A stretch of DNA of 64,000 bases from the NCBI RefSeq assembly GCF_016433145.1, contig NC_058135.1:276390426-276454425 (forward strand). The letters are read 5' to 3'. The notes beneath the pieces were generated by a model. It was not told where the DNA came from and did not search any database. It worked only from the letters and a program-made list of their open reading frames with translations. This DNA comes from Gracilinanus agilis (Eukaryota). Shown piece by piece: positions 14,232-28,909 of the stretch; within the stretch, counting starts at the first letter, position 1, and every line of letters begins with the position of its first letter. The translations under genes were made by a program, and so were the position numbers.

Positions 14232-14846
14232 TTGCTGGGTTTATACCCCAAAGATATAATAAGGAAGAAGTCTCATACAAAAATATTTATAGCCACACTC
14301 TTTGTAGTGGCAAAAAATTGGAAAATGAGAGGATGTCCTTTGATTAGGGAATGCCTAAACAAAATGTGGTATCTGTTGGTGATGGAATACTGTTGTGCTA
14401 AAAAGAATAATGAACTAGAGGAATTCCATGCGAATTGGAACGACCTTCAGGAATTGATGCAGAGTGAAAGGAGCAGAACCAGGAGAACATACACAGAGAC
14501 AGATACACTGTGGCACACTCAAAAGTAATGGACTTCTCTACTAGCAGCCATGACATTTCTGAGGGACCTAGGAGAAAGAATGCTATCCACACCCAGAGAA
14601 AGAACTGTGGGAGCAGAAACACGGAAGAAAAGCAACTGCTTGATCACATGGGTCAATTGTGATTGGGGATGTAGACTCTAAATGATTGCCCTAGTGTAAA
14701 TATCAATAATATGGAAATAGGTCTTGATCAATGATGCATGTAAAACCCAGTGAAATTGCATGTTGGCTATGAGAGAGGGATAGAAGTTGAGGGTAAGAAC
14801 ATTAATCATGTAACCATGGAAAAATTATCTTAATCAATAAAAAAAT
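14232..14846 (+). mobile_element. 5'-truncated L1 3' end
   Basis: LGLYPKDI...FVVAKNWK...MEYCCA ORF2 C-terminus and the same 3'UTR as 8668-9435. Confidence 0.9.
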
Positions 14847-15309
14847 GATGACAGTGTTAACTGTGAAGACATGGAAATACATGTAGAAATAACTGTATAC
14901 GTATATTAGGAAATAATTATCAAAGGTAAAGTACTTGAATTAAGCAATATTAAGGAAAGTTTCCAATTAAAGGTACTTAATACTTAATACTTAATACAAT
15001 GTCAGGAAGTTCTTAAGGTAGAGAGAGAAGAAAGATTATTTTAGACATAAGATAACTGGTGAGAGAAATTCCCAGAACTGAGAAATGGAGTGTCTTATTT
15101 TGGGGACAGTCAGTGTTTCAGAACCATTGTGATGAAGGATGGCAGGGAATACAGTTTAAGAAGACTGGAAAGGAAGAAGCAGATTAGGCTCTAAAGATCT
15201 TCATAATCACTAGATTTAAAGTGTTCTGATAAAAGGAAACTAGTTCCTGAAGTACATATTGAGATATCAAAATCAATTAGGATGAATTAATAAAAAAAAC
15301 CATTTTAAG

Positions 15310-15482
15310 TATACCATCGTATCATCTGCAAAGAGTGATAGCTTAGTCTCCTCCTTGCCTATTTTGATACCTTCAATTTCTTTTTCTTCTCTAATTGCAA
15401 CTGCTAGTGTTTCTAGTACTATGTTGAATAATAGAGGTGATAATGGGCATCCTTGTTTTACTCCTGATCTTATTGGGAAGGC
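15310..15482 (-). mobile_element. Short antisense L1 ORF2 (RT) fragment
   Basis: Reverse complement encodes an L1 RT piece ([26 protein letters not shown]...LFADD). Confidence 0.85.
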
Positions 15483-17589
15483 ACAACTTACTTATTGTCA
15501 TTTTCATCTTTCATCTTTCTTAATCTTACTTTCTAGAATTATTTGTGGATATATTTAATCTCTGTGGCAGTAGTTATGGCTACAGAAAATGCTAAAGAAA
15601 ATGGCAGGTTATATTTCCAAAAGGGGCTATTTCTTGAGACAATAGTAGAAAGCAGTGCTCTGAAATATAACTAGTTCTCAGAGGTTACTGCTACTCTCCT
15701 CACTCTTTTGCATACCTATCCATTGTTGGAAAGTGGTTATATATGGGCACTCATATGTTCATATGGTGAGAAATGTCAGATCATTCTCCTCAGTAACTGA
15801 TGCCCTCAAATATGATTTAAGTGACTTGAAAGTCTTGAAAAGGGGCTAGTTGTCTAGTTGCCAGATAAAATAACAGCCAAGAAAAAGCACTGCCTCAGTC
15901 AATCTATCCTTCCAATCTTTAGAACCACTACTTACATAGCCTACCACCAATCACAAATACAAATCTGTCTATGGTACTGGAATAAATATATTTTCTCCTT
16001 TCCTCTCTGAGCCACGCCAGTGAAAATGTGAAATCAGATATAAGGGTAATCATGGTGTGTATGTTTTTGCAATATGTGGAGGCTGTTTTCTTGAAGACAG
16101 ACCACTGCAATAGCCAGACCATTGTTTGCTAGAAATTATGTTCCTCTCCTGGGGGAACTCCAAAGAAATACATAGGAACCCATTTTACCAGTCCAGTTGT
16201 CTCTCAGCTTCTGGCTGCTTAGCCAATACTTTATCACCTACATAATGCTTACCATCCCCAGTCATCAGATTGGGTAGAGCATATTATTGAGATTATTAAA
16301 GTTTAGATTGCCAAATTTACCTATCATTTGAGTTTGGCTTGGACCATATTATTTCCCCCATTTCTTCCAAACTTGTGGACAACCCCTTTTGCAAGTTTTT
16401 CCTTTCATCCTTTTAGATTATCTCTGAGAACCCAATGTCTCTCCTTTTGCAACATGGTGACCCTCTCAATCAAATTTTCCCTCTGTTTTACTGCAAGAGA
16501 ATCACTCAAAATCTTTGTAACTATGATCTTCGTGTTTCTCAGTCATTGTTAGGAATCCATCCTGAAACTATTCTATTTCTTACCTAGGGCCCAGATACCA
16601 TGTTAATTGGAAAATACACTTGTACAGACATGGGCTGAGTATCTCACTCCATTTTTTGTTTAGTAATTTTTTTTACTCCATTGATTTGTTTTATATATAT
16701 TCTTCTTGCTTCTTGCTATCTTCTCCATTGCATCTCTTTTAGCTCATATCCCAATGGCCACATTGGATACTGAACATTTTGTTAATGGTTTTATTCCTTT
16801 TGTTGGTTATCTCTTTCTTGCTAACCAACTTGAGCTTAAGGTCCTATTCATCCTCTTTCATTTCCTTTTTGTTCTTTGTCATTTTAGCTATCCCTTTGTC
16901 TTTGACCTCTAGCATGTTGTGATCGATGTGGGACTTAATACCTGCAAGAACTATGCACTTAAAAAAGTTTCTTGCCTTGGTCCAGAATTACTCACTCATC
17001 TTGTAAATCTGAATAACTCTGTCTTTGGGATTAAAGTGACCGACACTACCATGGTTCAACAGCACATAGACATCCTCAATAACTAATATATAGTAAATAT
17101 ATGGCATATATTTATAATTTACATATACATATATTATAATATATAATTTAGAATTTATATATACATATGTGCATAACATATAAAATATAATTTATAATGA
17201 TATATAGTAAACAAAGGAATTTTTCTTAGCCAAAAGTGGGTGATGTTGAATATAAATATCTTACAAAATCTTGCCTCAGTAAAATTTCCTACTTGGTTAC
17301 TTTGATAGTCATTTTTATTTCAATTTGATCATATACATGTTTCACACAGATCAATGATAAAATAATAAATTAGAAACACAACTACCGAAGTTAAATTAAA
17401 GATGAGTATTTGAAAAGAGGAAAAGACAATCTAAGGAAATATTCAATGTTAGATAAGTAGTTGAGAAATTATTTTCAACAACCTTTGAATTAATAAAATG
17501 AACAAATGTTTATTAACAAAAGGTAATGCATTCTAAAGCAAATATAAAGCTCATTGGAAATTTGAGCAACAAAAAATATTTCTAGACAT

Positions 17590-17641
17590 TGTGTGTGCAT
17601 GTGTGTGTGTGTTTGTGTGTGTGTATGTGTGTGTGTGTGTG
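17590..17641. repeat. (TG)n microsatellite
   Basis: Imperfect TG run. Confidence 0.95.
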
Positions 17642-18624
17642 CCAAGGTGGGTGTCAAGATAAACAGAGGTGGTTTCAAGAGTTCTCAGTCCTTAGGTGGT
17701 AAGAAGGTCAGACAACTGGTCAGAAGAATGATACAATCATTCTTTTGCAAGCACTGGTTGCAGGGCTCTGTTGCATTGCTGAATGATGGCCATAATTTTG
17801 GATTGCTGTATCAAGGCAAGAAGGAATATTAGCATACAAAAGATTGTGACAGCAGGAGAACTGGGAACCCGGTCACAGATGAGTGGCAGAAAAGAGGACA
17901 TACTAGAGCTCACAGACCAGCACATAGGCCAGGAATGTAATACATGTATCTCTCTTAGATCATACCATCTTGGAAAAATTGAACATTTATAAAAACCCAG
18001 AACTATGTTTCAAAAATGGCTGCACAAAAAACTAACATTTAAAAGTGCCTCCTCTACCCCAGTTACATGGCCAAATTTAACATGAATTAAAAGCCAAGAA
18101 GTAAGATGAAAAAAGAAGCAAAGAGCAAAAAAGCATAGGATGCCTTCAATAGAATATTATTATGGTGTCAAGAAAGATCTAAATACAAACCCAGAGGCAG
18201 ACAACAAAAGAATTTATAATTTGCTAAAGGAAATCCAACCTGCATGCCTCCTCCTGGTTATTTTTGGTGAACATTAATAAGTCTATTGGTATCTAATTCT
18301 CCTAGAAATGTATTCAAAAAGGTAAGCATTCCATTTTGCCCATACAAATTTACATTATATTTTGGGTACTACATGTCCTTCATGTACTTGGACTTTACCA
18401 TGGTTATGATTAAAACAAACTGCTCTGATTGTACAGACCACTTGCCCAAGTTTATGTGATATATTTCAATTTGAAGAAAGCATGGTATGTCAGCCACAAA
18501 TAGGAACCTAGAATATGAATCTTAATAAATACTTTATGGAATTAGATAAACTGGAAAAAATCTCCTATCTTTGTCACAGCAATTTTCGACATGTAATCAT
18601 TTGAAATTCATTAAACTGTTCCAG

Positions 18625-18740
18625 TGCTCCAGAGACAGAAGCCTCATGGGGACTGAGAAACTCATAAAGTCTCCATCTAGCAGTTGGTAGTACAGATAAC
18701 ATCAACAAGCCACAGAATATTCTATCTTCCAGATAACAAG
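18625..18740 (+). other. Putative 5' non-coding exon of the OR at 19924
   Basis: ttccag|tgctcc acceptor and caag|gtaat donor; homologous exon with the same sites at 45249-45362. Confidence 0.55.
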
Positions 18741-19923
18741 GTAATATTCTTTTTTGTGATCTCAGTACAATAGCTAACAAAACTATAGATATCAGGCAGT
18801 TCAGTTCAAAAAGTTGTTCACTATGCTCAACGAGGGAGTGAATGGGAAAATTCAAGGGCCATGTGGTTAATGCACTTAAGATGAAAAGGCATAAAATCAT
18901 TCTAGAACATGAATCAGATGACAGTTCCTAGCCATGATCAGTGTTACAAATGCTTTTCTGAAATCTGAATGAATAAATGTCTTTTGTTAAGGGGCACTGA
19001 TACCAAATAATAGAAAGGATCATGGTGATTATTTGAGATCAGTGGCCTGGAACAGGATATTATCAGCACAAACATAATGTGAAGAAAAAAAAAACAGACC
19101 CAAAACCCAACATTTCATTGCTCTGGAAATGAAAGGCTTAAAACCACAAAAATTATAAGCATGGTTTGCCTTCAGAATCCAGAGAGCAAAATATTTTCTC
19201 TGTGTTAAAATGAAGTGAGACTACAGAGACTGAGTAGGTACATGATGTCTCCTTGGATGCCATACAATTAATGACTTGATGAGGTAGAAACTGAAATAGA
19301 TTCTAGACATTTAGATCCAGGGCATTCCTAAGAAGGAAATTTCATCTCTTGCCATGGACCATCACTTAACAAACCCCAATCAAAAACAATAGACAAACAA
19401 GCAGGAGCTTTTATGAGTAGAGTAGGGTTACTTGAAAATATGTTGAAAAGAGTTCTATCACCCATGTCTTCTTACTTTTAAAGCCAACCACAATTCCTCA
19501 ATAAGGTGTTCTAATGAAGTTATACTTCTCTCTGCCATTATAATTGTCCAACTTTCTAATTAATTAAAATATTTTATAATATATTCATAATATTATTATG
19601 TCCAATTTATTGGGGATGTATAATTTCATAATTCACTATTTTTAAAAGTACAGCCACATTCATGTTTCTCTTGGTGACAGGTTATTGATACATGATATAG
19701 TATGATATGACATAATATGATATGAAATGATATATGATGTAATATGACTTCAATAGAGTGAATTCTCCACACAACAACTAAATTGATAAAATAATATCAT
19801 AGTTGGGTGAGAAAGTTCCTTTAAGTCTTGTCAGAGACACTTCTACCAAATAATAAGCTCATTACCTATGAAAACAGAACTCAAAAAATTTTGTTTCTTT
19901 TCTGTTCAGATTATGGTCCTTGG

Positions 19924-20901
19924 ATGGAAGAAATGATCAAGTTTAATGAAACCACTGGGAGCCAGGTGACCGAATTCATTCTCATGGGCATCACAAACCG
20001 TCCTGAGCTTCAAGGACCTCTCTTTGTTGTGTTTTTCTTCAACTACATGGCCATAGTACTGGGAAATCTGGGCCTTATCATCCTAACCACTGTTGATCCC
20101 CACCTCCAAACTCCCATGTACTATTTTATCAGACATCTGGCATTTGTGGATCTTGGCTATTCCACGGCAATTGGTCCAAAAATGCTACTTAGTTTCCTGG
20201 AAAAGAAAAATATCATTTCTTATTATGGATGTGCCATACAACTCTTTTTTATTGTGATATTTCTCACAAGTGAATTTTTCAATCTATCAGCCATGGCTGT
20301 TGACCGCTACGTGGCTATCTGTAAGCCCCTTCTCTATATGGTCATCATGTCTGACCGGGTATGTTGGATCTCAGTGGCTATCTCATATGTTTATAGCATC
20401 ATAGTAGCACTCCTGGTCACCATAAAGATTTTTCAATCATCTTTTTGCAAATCAAATGTATTAAGATATTTCTACTGTGACAGTCTACTTCTAGTGTCCA
20501 TTATATGCTCAGATACAAGTGAAATTGAACTAATTATTATGACATTTGCTGCACTTAATATGGTTTCTTCACTCTTCATTATCCTTTTCTCCTACATGCT
20601 CATTCTTGTAGCCATTCTCAGAATGAACTCCTCTGAGGGCAGGTACAAAGCTTTCTCCACCTGTGGCTCTCATCTCACAGTTGTGGTTGTGTTTTATGGA
20701 ACACTTCTCTTCATGTATCTGCAGCCCCATTCTAGCCATTCTTTTGACACAGACAAGATGGCATCTGTGTTTTACACTTTGGTCATCCCCATGCTTAATC
20801 CTTTGATCTACAGCTTGAGGAACAAAGAAGTGAAAGATGCCTTGAAAAGACTCTTTAAAAAATTGACGCAAACACTGCCTTTCATAACCAATATAAAATA
20901 G
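19924..20901 (+). CDS. Olfactory receptor, OR8K-like, intact, 325 aa (starts MEEMIKFNET)
   Basis: All OR motifs present (LQTPMY, MAVDRYVAIC, KAFSTCGSHL, PMLNPLIYSLRN); splice acceptor AG at 19908-19909, so the upstream extension in the ORF track is intronic. Confidence 0.95.
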   Translation: MEEMIKFNETTGSQVTEFILMGITNRPELQGPLFVVFFFNYMAIVLGNLGLIILTTVDPHLQTPMYYFIRHLAFVDLGYSTAIGPKMLLSFLEKKNIISYYGCAIQLFFIVIFLTSEFFNLSAMAVDRYVAICKPLLYMVIMSDRVCWISVAISYVYSIIVALLVTIKIFQSSFCKSNVLRYFYCDSLLLVSIICSDTSEIELIIMTFAALNMVSSLFIILFSYMLILVAILRMNSSEGRYKAFSTCGSHLTVVVVFYGTLLFMYLQPHSSHSFDTDKMASVFYTLVIPMLNPLIYSLRNKEVKDALKRLFKKLTQTLPFITNIK

Positions 20902-23184
20902 GATTCCACTGAAAGCAAGTAAACTTCTACTAAATTTCTTCATCAATTTCTCTCTGATTCTTCTCTCTCTCTTTTTAATGGCTCTCCTTATATGTATTCA
21001 AAAATGATTATTTTTGGTTCATTGTTCAAAATAATCAACCTTCAGTAAATCCTAGTTTAGTGGGTCACTTAATTTAAGGGATCCTTTAGAGAATTAAGTA
21101 CAAAATATTTATATAAAAATCTATATCACTATATACTATAATATTTTTAATACTACAATATTATACCTGCTACCTTTGGTTAAAGTTTTCTTGTGTGCGA
21201 AGGTCAGTTAACAATAATTTTTTAAAGGCTGCTGTCAGATAATGTTCTATAGACACTATAGAAATAGGTAGATTATTTAAAAAATTTTGCTATCAATGAA
21301 AAAAAACTTTTTAATGGAAACAGCATGTGCATGAGAGCAACACTATCAGCTATAGCAGCAAATCATCTGATGAATGTCTTATTGATAAGTGTATGTTCAT
21401 TTTTTACTTAAATTTTCCCCTCTATATCTTTGAACAATTGCTCTTGATCTTTTCTGTGAAGTAAAATAAGTTGATTTTTTCTACTTTATTTTAATTATTC
21501 AAATTCTTGAAAGAAATTTCCAAATTTTATCCCATCTTTAATCCCAGATCTTTCATTCTTATGCTAGAATTCAAAGAATATTAGCTTATAAAGGATGTCC
21601 CCAAAGTCTCAGTATAGAATTCAGTTTCTAAAATTTTAAAACCATTAAGCTTTTTGGGAAGTTCTGTACAATTACAGGATCTGGATTTCAATAGCAGGTC
21701 AGTTACATTTGCCCTGTGATATTCTGGACAATAAGTGAATCCTCAATCATTCATATTCATCATTATAATGTGGTAGTATGATGACATGAAGTTTAAGGGT
21801 AATTCCAGTTTAAAATCTATGATGCCATGAATCTATTCTTTGTTAAAACAATGTTGTGTCTTCAACCAGTCCTTATATGGAATGTTCTTCTGCCTCATAA
21901 ATATTATTATTGCTTCCTTATAATCAATCTGGAGTTAATTAATGTCCACTTTGAACTCAGTTGTCCAAAATTAATCCAATTTTCCACATGCGGCCTGGTC
22001 AAGGAAGAATGCAAGCAAACTATCAGATATAATGCAAAGATGCTGTGTCTATAATAATAGAGCTCATTTTAGCTTCCCTAGGTAGGATTTAATAATCTAT
22101 ATTCATATTCAAGTTGTAATCCTTTTAAAATTCCAAGTTTTCTTCAAAAGAATATATCAAACTACATGTCTCTTCCATCATTGATTCTTTTCTAAAACTA
22201 ACTCAGATGTATGTCTTTATATTTCTCCCATTTGACTTACTTTATATTTTAATCTCATGTTAATGCAGATCAGGGTCAGTAGCTAGTAGAAGAAAGATCT
22301 TGACTTATATGAGAAAGAGATAAAAAGGCAGGAACTCTACAAGTTTCAATGGATAATTAAGAAAGAGCCAGGTGAATAGATTTAATTGTTTTGATTTTTT
22401 TCTTCTAACTTTTATCTTTTAAAAAGACATGTGCTTCTGAATTAGACAGTATGACACTGGTTTTCTTCAATGAGAAAGTACTTGATCAGGACCTCTGGGG
22501 AGGAAACTAGAAATACTTACCTGTCCAGATTGAGTCAGAAGAAAGAAAAGCATTATTGGATTGTCTAGTAATTTTTGTGTGACATGTGTTTAATACAAAT
22601 TGCTAATAACTGTGATTTCTAAATAATTTGCTTTTCCTTAAGATCACAAATCTTGTAGCATGAAATTTCTCTAAGTCTATGAGGAAAACAGAATTATTTT
22701 ATTAAAAAGAGTGTTATTATTACACAATTTGAAAACATAGGTAATCCAAAATGATCTTTTTTTTAATCCCTTACCTTCTATCTTAAACATAAACAAAGGT
22801 ATCCATTCTGAGGCAGAAAGGAGGTAATAAAAAGATCAATTTTGAACTTTTACTGTTCAAAGAATTAGGCTAAAGTTTTGGGAGATGAATAGAAGTAGAA
22901 AATAATCCATACTCTCAATAAATTCACATCTTAATAGATGGACACAACATATAAAGAGTGATTCAGATTAAGAAAAATAGAGATTGCAATCCATAAAGTA
23001 TGTCAACAAATCATAGATGATATATATTGTTAAATGTAATTTTCATGTCTCATTCTTAGTTTGAACTTCACTCAACAACTTTGTTCATGGATCAATTCCT
23101 TCTCTGGGTTAACAGTTATACTACTGAATATATTAAAGAAAATGCTAAAGCTAATCTGCCATTTCTTCTTCATTTATGAATGAA

Positions 23185-23242
23185 CATATATATATACATA
23201 CATATGTATATATATATATATACACACACACATATATATATG
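23185..23242. repeat. (TA)n/(CA)n microsatellite
   Basis: Directly visible. Confidence 0.9.
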
Positions 23243-23491
23243 TGCCTTCTCTCTTTTTTTAGTTTCAGTTATAAAACCAATTAACGTATGCTATATACTA
23301 GAAACATTATCTTAATATTCAATATTTTGGAATCTTATATACAACATATTTTGTTATTATCTATATTTAGTAGTTGTGGGACAATAATTTAAATGTAAAA
23401 TGTAATATGTAATTCCAGATTAAAGTGAATTCATCATTATCAAAAATCATTTATCAAAATCAATTATGAAAAAATATCAGGAGATTTAGGG

Positions 23492-23524
23492 TATATATAT
23501 ATACACACACATATATATATATGC

Positions 23525-23572
<48 letters not shown>
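23492..23572. repeat. Compound (TA)n(GA)n microsatellite
   Basis: Directly visible. Confidence 0.95.
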
Positions 23573-23573
<1 letters not shown>

Positions 23574-24264
23574 ATATTATCTTGACACAAAAGTCCAAAT
23601 TATCCTTGATTAATGAGAAAGTTGATACAATCCCATTGCCAGTTTCTTTGAATTACAATCATTAGGGAGAACAATGACTCCCAGAAGCATAATGATGAGC
23701 CTTCTTTCTACAACCTAACCAAGTTTCTCAAAAATTACAGGTTTTTTCCTGAAAATCTCATTAAGTAGACAATGACTTTGGGAGCTCTGATGTGGAGAAA
23801 AACAGGAAGAAAATACCTGAAAAATGCTAGAATGAAAATCATAGTTTATAGTTTATACAGGCAGACATATGCTATGTTAAAAAGGATCTGAACTTTTAAT
23901 TTAACATGTTAGAACTGAAGCATAGAAGAGGAACTATTGTCTTGGCTATAGGAAATGTAGCAGTCGTGGTATTGTAATTGTACTCTCATGCCCTTCATTT
24001 AGTGAGTTTGCTTAAGATTCTTATGTTAAAAAATGATAATTATGATCCTATGTATTTATGAAGAAACTCTGTACTTGAAAAAGTATAAATGGTACATTAC
24101 CTAAATCTAGGATTCACCTGAGATTGTTGGTAAAAGCATAGAGGAGCCCATGTACCCAGAACATTTTATTTAAAACTTGAGGCACCAATTTTATATCATT
24201 GGGTTAGGTACAGCATAGAGATAGTAACAAATCATCTCTTTGGATTATCTAACAATATCAGTGT

Positions 24265-24954
24265 TGTGAGGGGCTAGAGATTAACCCCTGGTCCTTGGAG
24301 GGTACCCTTTCATGAATGACAGACTCAAGAGGAACTCTTTAAAGATAGAGAAATTTATTTAGGTTGAATGGGAGGGAGGCAGTGTGCAGGACCAACTGCC
24401 TCCCTGAACGAAGAAAAGTTCCGGATTTTTATATCCTAAAGGGATGGGGTCTAAGTGACTTGGAAAGGAAAGATGGGAAAAGGGATGAACAATGGGAACA
24501 AATGAGGTGGGGCAATCAAGGGAGAACAGGCAACAAAATAGATGCCTTTGGGTCTGGGGGCTTAAACATAAGCATACATCATTTCTGACATCCTCATCAT
24601 AAAGGTGGGTCTGTGGGAATAATAAAGTATACAACCTTTATGACATCTTGATCATGTTACCTGTGTTGAGAATTCTAGAGATGTTTGGGATCATAAGTGA
24701 TGTTTGAGATGTAGGGATCATAAAGGTGGCTAAGTTATCTCCAGAAACCTAGTATGTTTGGGATGTAACCAAGAGGTATTTCCTTGTGCTCAGACCCTTA
24801 TCTTAAGACTAGTGTAAATACATCCAAAGCTTAGAGGTGGAGGATCCTATGTTTGTTCAACTGTGAGCTTTGCAAGGTGAATTCCTCTTGTAATCGTGAA
24901 CTGTGTCCTTCCTAGGAATTCGGCATGTACTAGGGGGACTTGGTGCCCACCACA
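24265..24954 (-). mobile_element. Solo LTR
   Basis: TG...CA termini; minus strand has tataaaa (rc near 24426) followed by aataaa (rc of tttatt near 24355); GC richer than flanks; TSD not confirmed. Confidence 0.55.
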
Positions 24955-25655
24955 AAATGTGAAAATAATTATAAAGCACATAGAACAGTGCCTGTCACAG
25001 ACTAAGTACAATTTAAATACATACTATAACAACAACTTCTACTACTATTATTATTATTTTGATGATGATGTTATATTTCATAAGAAATAAAAGATGAATT
25101 TAGGACCTAAACCTAAAAGGTACTTCATGAAACAGAAACAAACGAGAATCAAATCAGATAATTTCATAGATACAGCTGATAACCAAGAAATTAAATATAA
25201 TAATTTTTCAAAAACGCATTTTAGTAGGAACTGGGCATACAAAGACAAGAATAAACAAATGAATGAAGAAAAAAAAATGGATGAAGTTAATGGAAGTGGT
25301 CATGTGTGCCTGATCCAGGACTTGAGTTTAGATCTGTATGGTTCTAAGACCAGGTGCCATGCATTATGCACCACTCAGGAATAAATTTCTTTCATTTACA
25401 AAAAAAGTGACAAATAATTGGGATGTTCAGAGGATGTTGTTTAAGGGTAATGAAAGTTAGGGGCTAAAAATTATGGGCACACTTGATATGCACAGTAAAT
25501 GTGTATTAATGGTAATATGACCATATCTGATATCATTACTCTACTAATCGCTGATCACTTCAAGATGCCTGCATTAGGTATTACTATAGCTCCTTTATGT
25601 GCCCACTGCATACACTTTGAATAAAAATTGTGGTTATTTTAGAAAGTAAATGATT

Positions 25656-26945
<1,290 letters not shown>

Positions 26946-27567
26946 AGAAAGTAAATGATTATAAAATTTAAAAAAAAAAAAAGAGTAATCATCCTTACTT
27001 TTGGCAAAGCCTGGATGGCCTGAATATATTTTTTGCCTTCAAACAGAATTAATGGACATCTGTGTATGGTGGGCATTAATTTACTGATAAAATCTACAAT
27101 TAAAAAAAGCATTGTTAAATACCATTCTATGCAGAATTGCAGAGAATGTCTGTCAACCCATTCAGATTAGTATAAAAAACCCACACTTAACAATTCAATA
27201 AATCAGAATATACTTTTACTTTTTCTAATTATCCATTTACTAATGAGGCCCAAGGTAAAATCATGCTTTAATGCATATGGGAACACTTTACATGGAAGTG
27301 AGCTTTATGTTAAGCAAATCAGGATGTCTTAAAACTCTTTTCTCTTCAAATCCTTTTAACAAAAGAGTTCCTGATCTAAAGAAACTTAAGTTCTATGAGA
27401 ATAAACAACAATGCATAATGCTGAGAGGAAAAAGGTCAATCCAGGACAAAAGGGAAATTATAAATCTTTTATGAGGCATATAGTAACCCAGAACTTTGAT
27501 GAGATGGGAAAGTTAGTGGAGGTCAGTATTATAGTCTGTTCAGATCTGTTAAATACAAGGATTTTAA

Positions 27568-28133
27568 TCCTTCAATTGGGGAATGGCTGAATAAATTGTG
27601 GTATCTGTTGATGATGGAATTCTATTATTCTGAAAGGAATAAAGACCTGGAGGAATTCCATGTGAACTGTAATGAGCTCCAGGAATTGATGCAGAGTGAA
27701 AGGAGCAGAACCAGGAGAACATTATACACAGAGGTTGATACACTGTGGTACAACCAAACATAACAGACCTCTCTGCTAGCAGCAATGCAAGAATCCAGAG
27801 CAAGGCTGAGGGACTTAATAGAAAGAAAACTAGCCACATTCAGAGGAAGAACTGTGGAAGGAGAAACACAGAGGAAAAACAACTGCTTGAACACATGGGC
27901 TGAGGGGGATATTATTGGGGATGAAGACACTAAATAATAACTCTAGTCCAACTATCAGTAATATGGAATTAGTTCTTAATCAATGATACATGTAAAACCC
28001 AGTGGAATTGTGTGTTGGCTAAGGGGGATTAGGGGGTTTGCAGAGAGGGAAAGAACATGAAACATGTAACTATGAGAAATATTCAAAATAAAAATAAAAA
28101 TATTTATAAATAAATAAACAAACAAATAATTAA
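27568..28133 (+). mobile_element. 5'-truncated L1 with TSD
   Basis: L1 3' end and A-rich tail flanked by aaggattttaa at 27557-27567 and 28134-28144. Confidence 0.9.
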
Positions 28134-28837
28134 AAGGATTTTAAATAAGTGGGGAAATTGCTTACTAGTCAAGAAATCAAACACTGTTAGTTCACATAAT
28201 AGATGGGGAGAAAGATATAGGGCATGTCAGAACACTTTGTTGTTGGAATCATTCATCTTCTGCATTCTCATAATTAAGGACTATTTACTTTGCTTCTTCT
28301 TCATTTTATTTACATACAATTTTTTTAGGTTAGGCTAGATATATCTCTTCCATATCCTACTCAGCTCATCTGGACTTCTATATATTAAGCTATAGGAGCT
28401 CATCAAAATGAGAACTAAATCAAAGTTCTCTATAATTATTGTTATGGAAGAGAATCTTACTGATACTATGAGCATGGGAAAGCAGATTTATTTGTGCACA
28501 GGTTCAGTTGGATTCATCTCCCAAAAGCTAAGCATCAAGTAAAAGCAACAGCCAGTTTATATAGGATTCTATACATGCAGAGGCTATGGATGAGGTGAGG
28601 GGTCAGGATAATGAGTAAGACTGAAGACAACTGGCTATTCTTGTTTAAAGAGCAGACAGAGGACCCAGTTAACCCAAGATCAGAGAGGTGGGGGGGAAGG
28701 TCAGAGAGGACTGTTAAGGGGGAGCAGAAAGTGATGGTCCTGGGATTCAAGGCCAGGACACAGCCAGAGAAAGGAGGGGACAAGAGGAAGTACTCAAATA
28801 AGGTTTTTTCCTTTTATTCTCAGAATATGTTCTCTGA

Positions 28838-28909
28838 ATAGAAGAAATGATCGAATTAAATTTAACTACTGGGAGAGAGATAGTTCAATTCTTCTTCATT
28901 CTGAGTATC
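28838..28909 (+). pseudogene. OR8K-like pseudogene A, 5' end (start codon ATG>ATA), cut by ERV insertion
   Basis: ttctcag|aatatgttctctgaATAgaagaaatgatc matches the acceptor and MEEMI start of the ORs at 19924 and 46541 and of pseudogene B. Confidence 0.75.

Noticed and set aside
16100-16910. Possible decayed coding sequence on the minus strand
   Set aside because: No assignable domain; stops in all frames I tried.
19828-19923. 32-aa N-terminal extension of the second OR in the ORF track
   Set aside because: Starts at TTG and crosses a clear polypyrimidine/AG acceptor at 19909; paralogues start at MEEMI.
20569-20946. Antisense ORFs overlapping OR genes (also 47171-47356 and 5434-5628)
   Set aside because: Shadows of the coding strand; no independent support.
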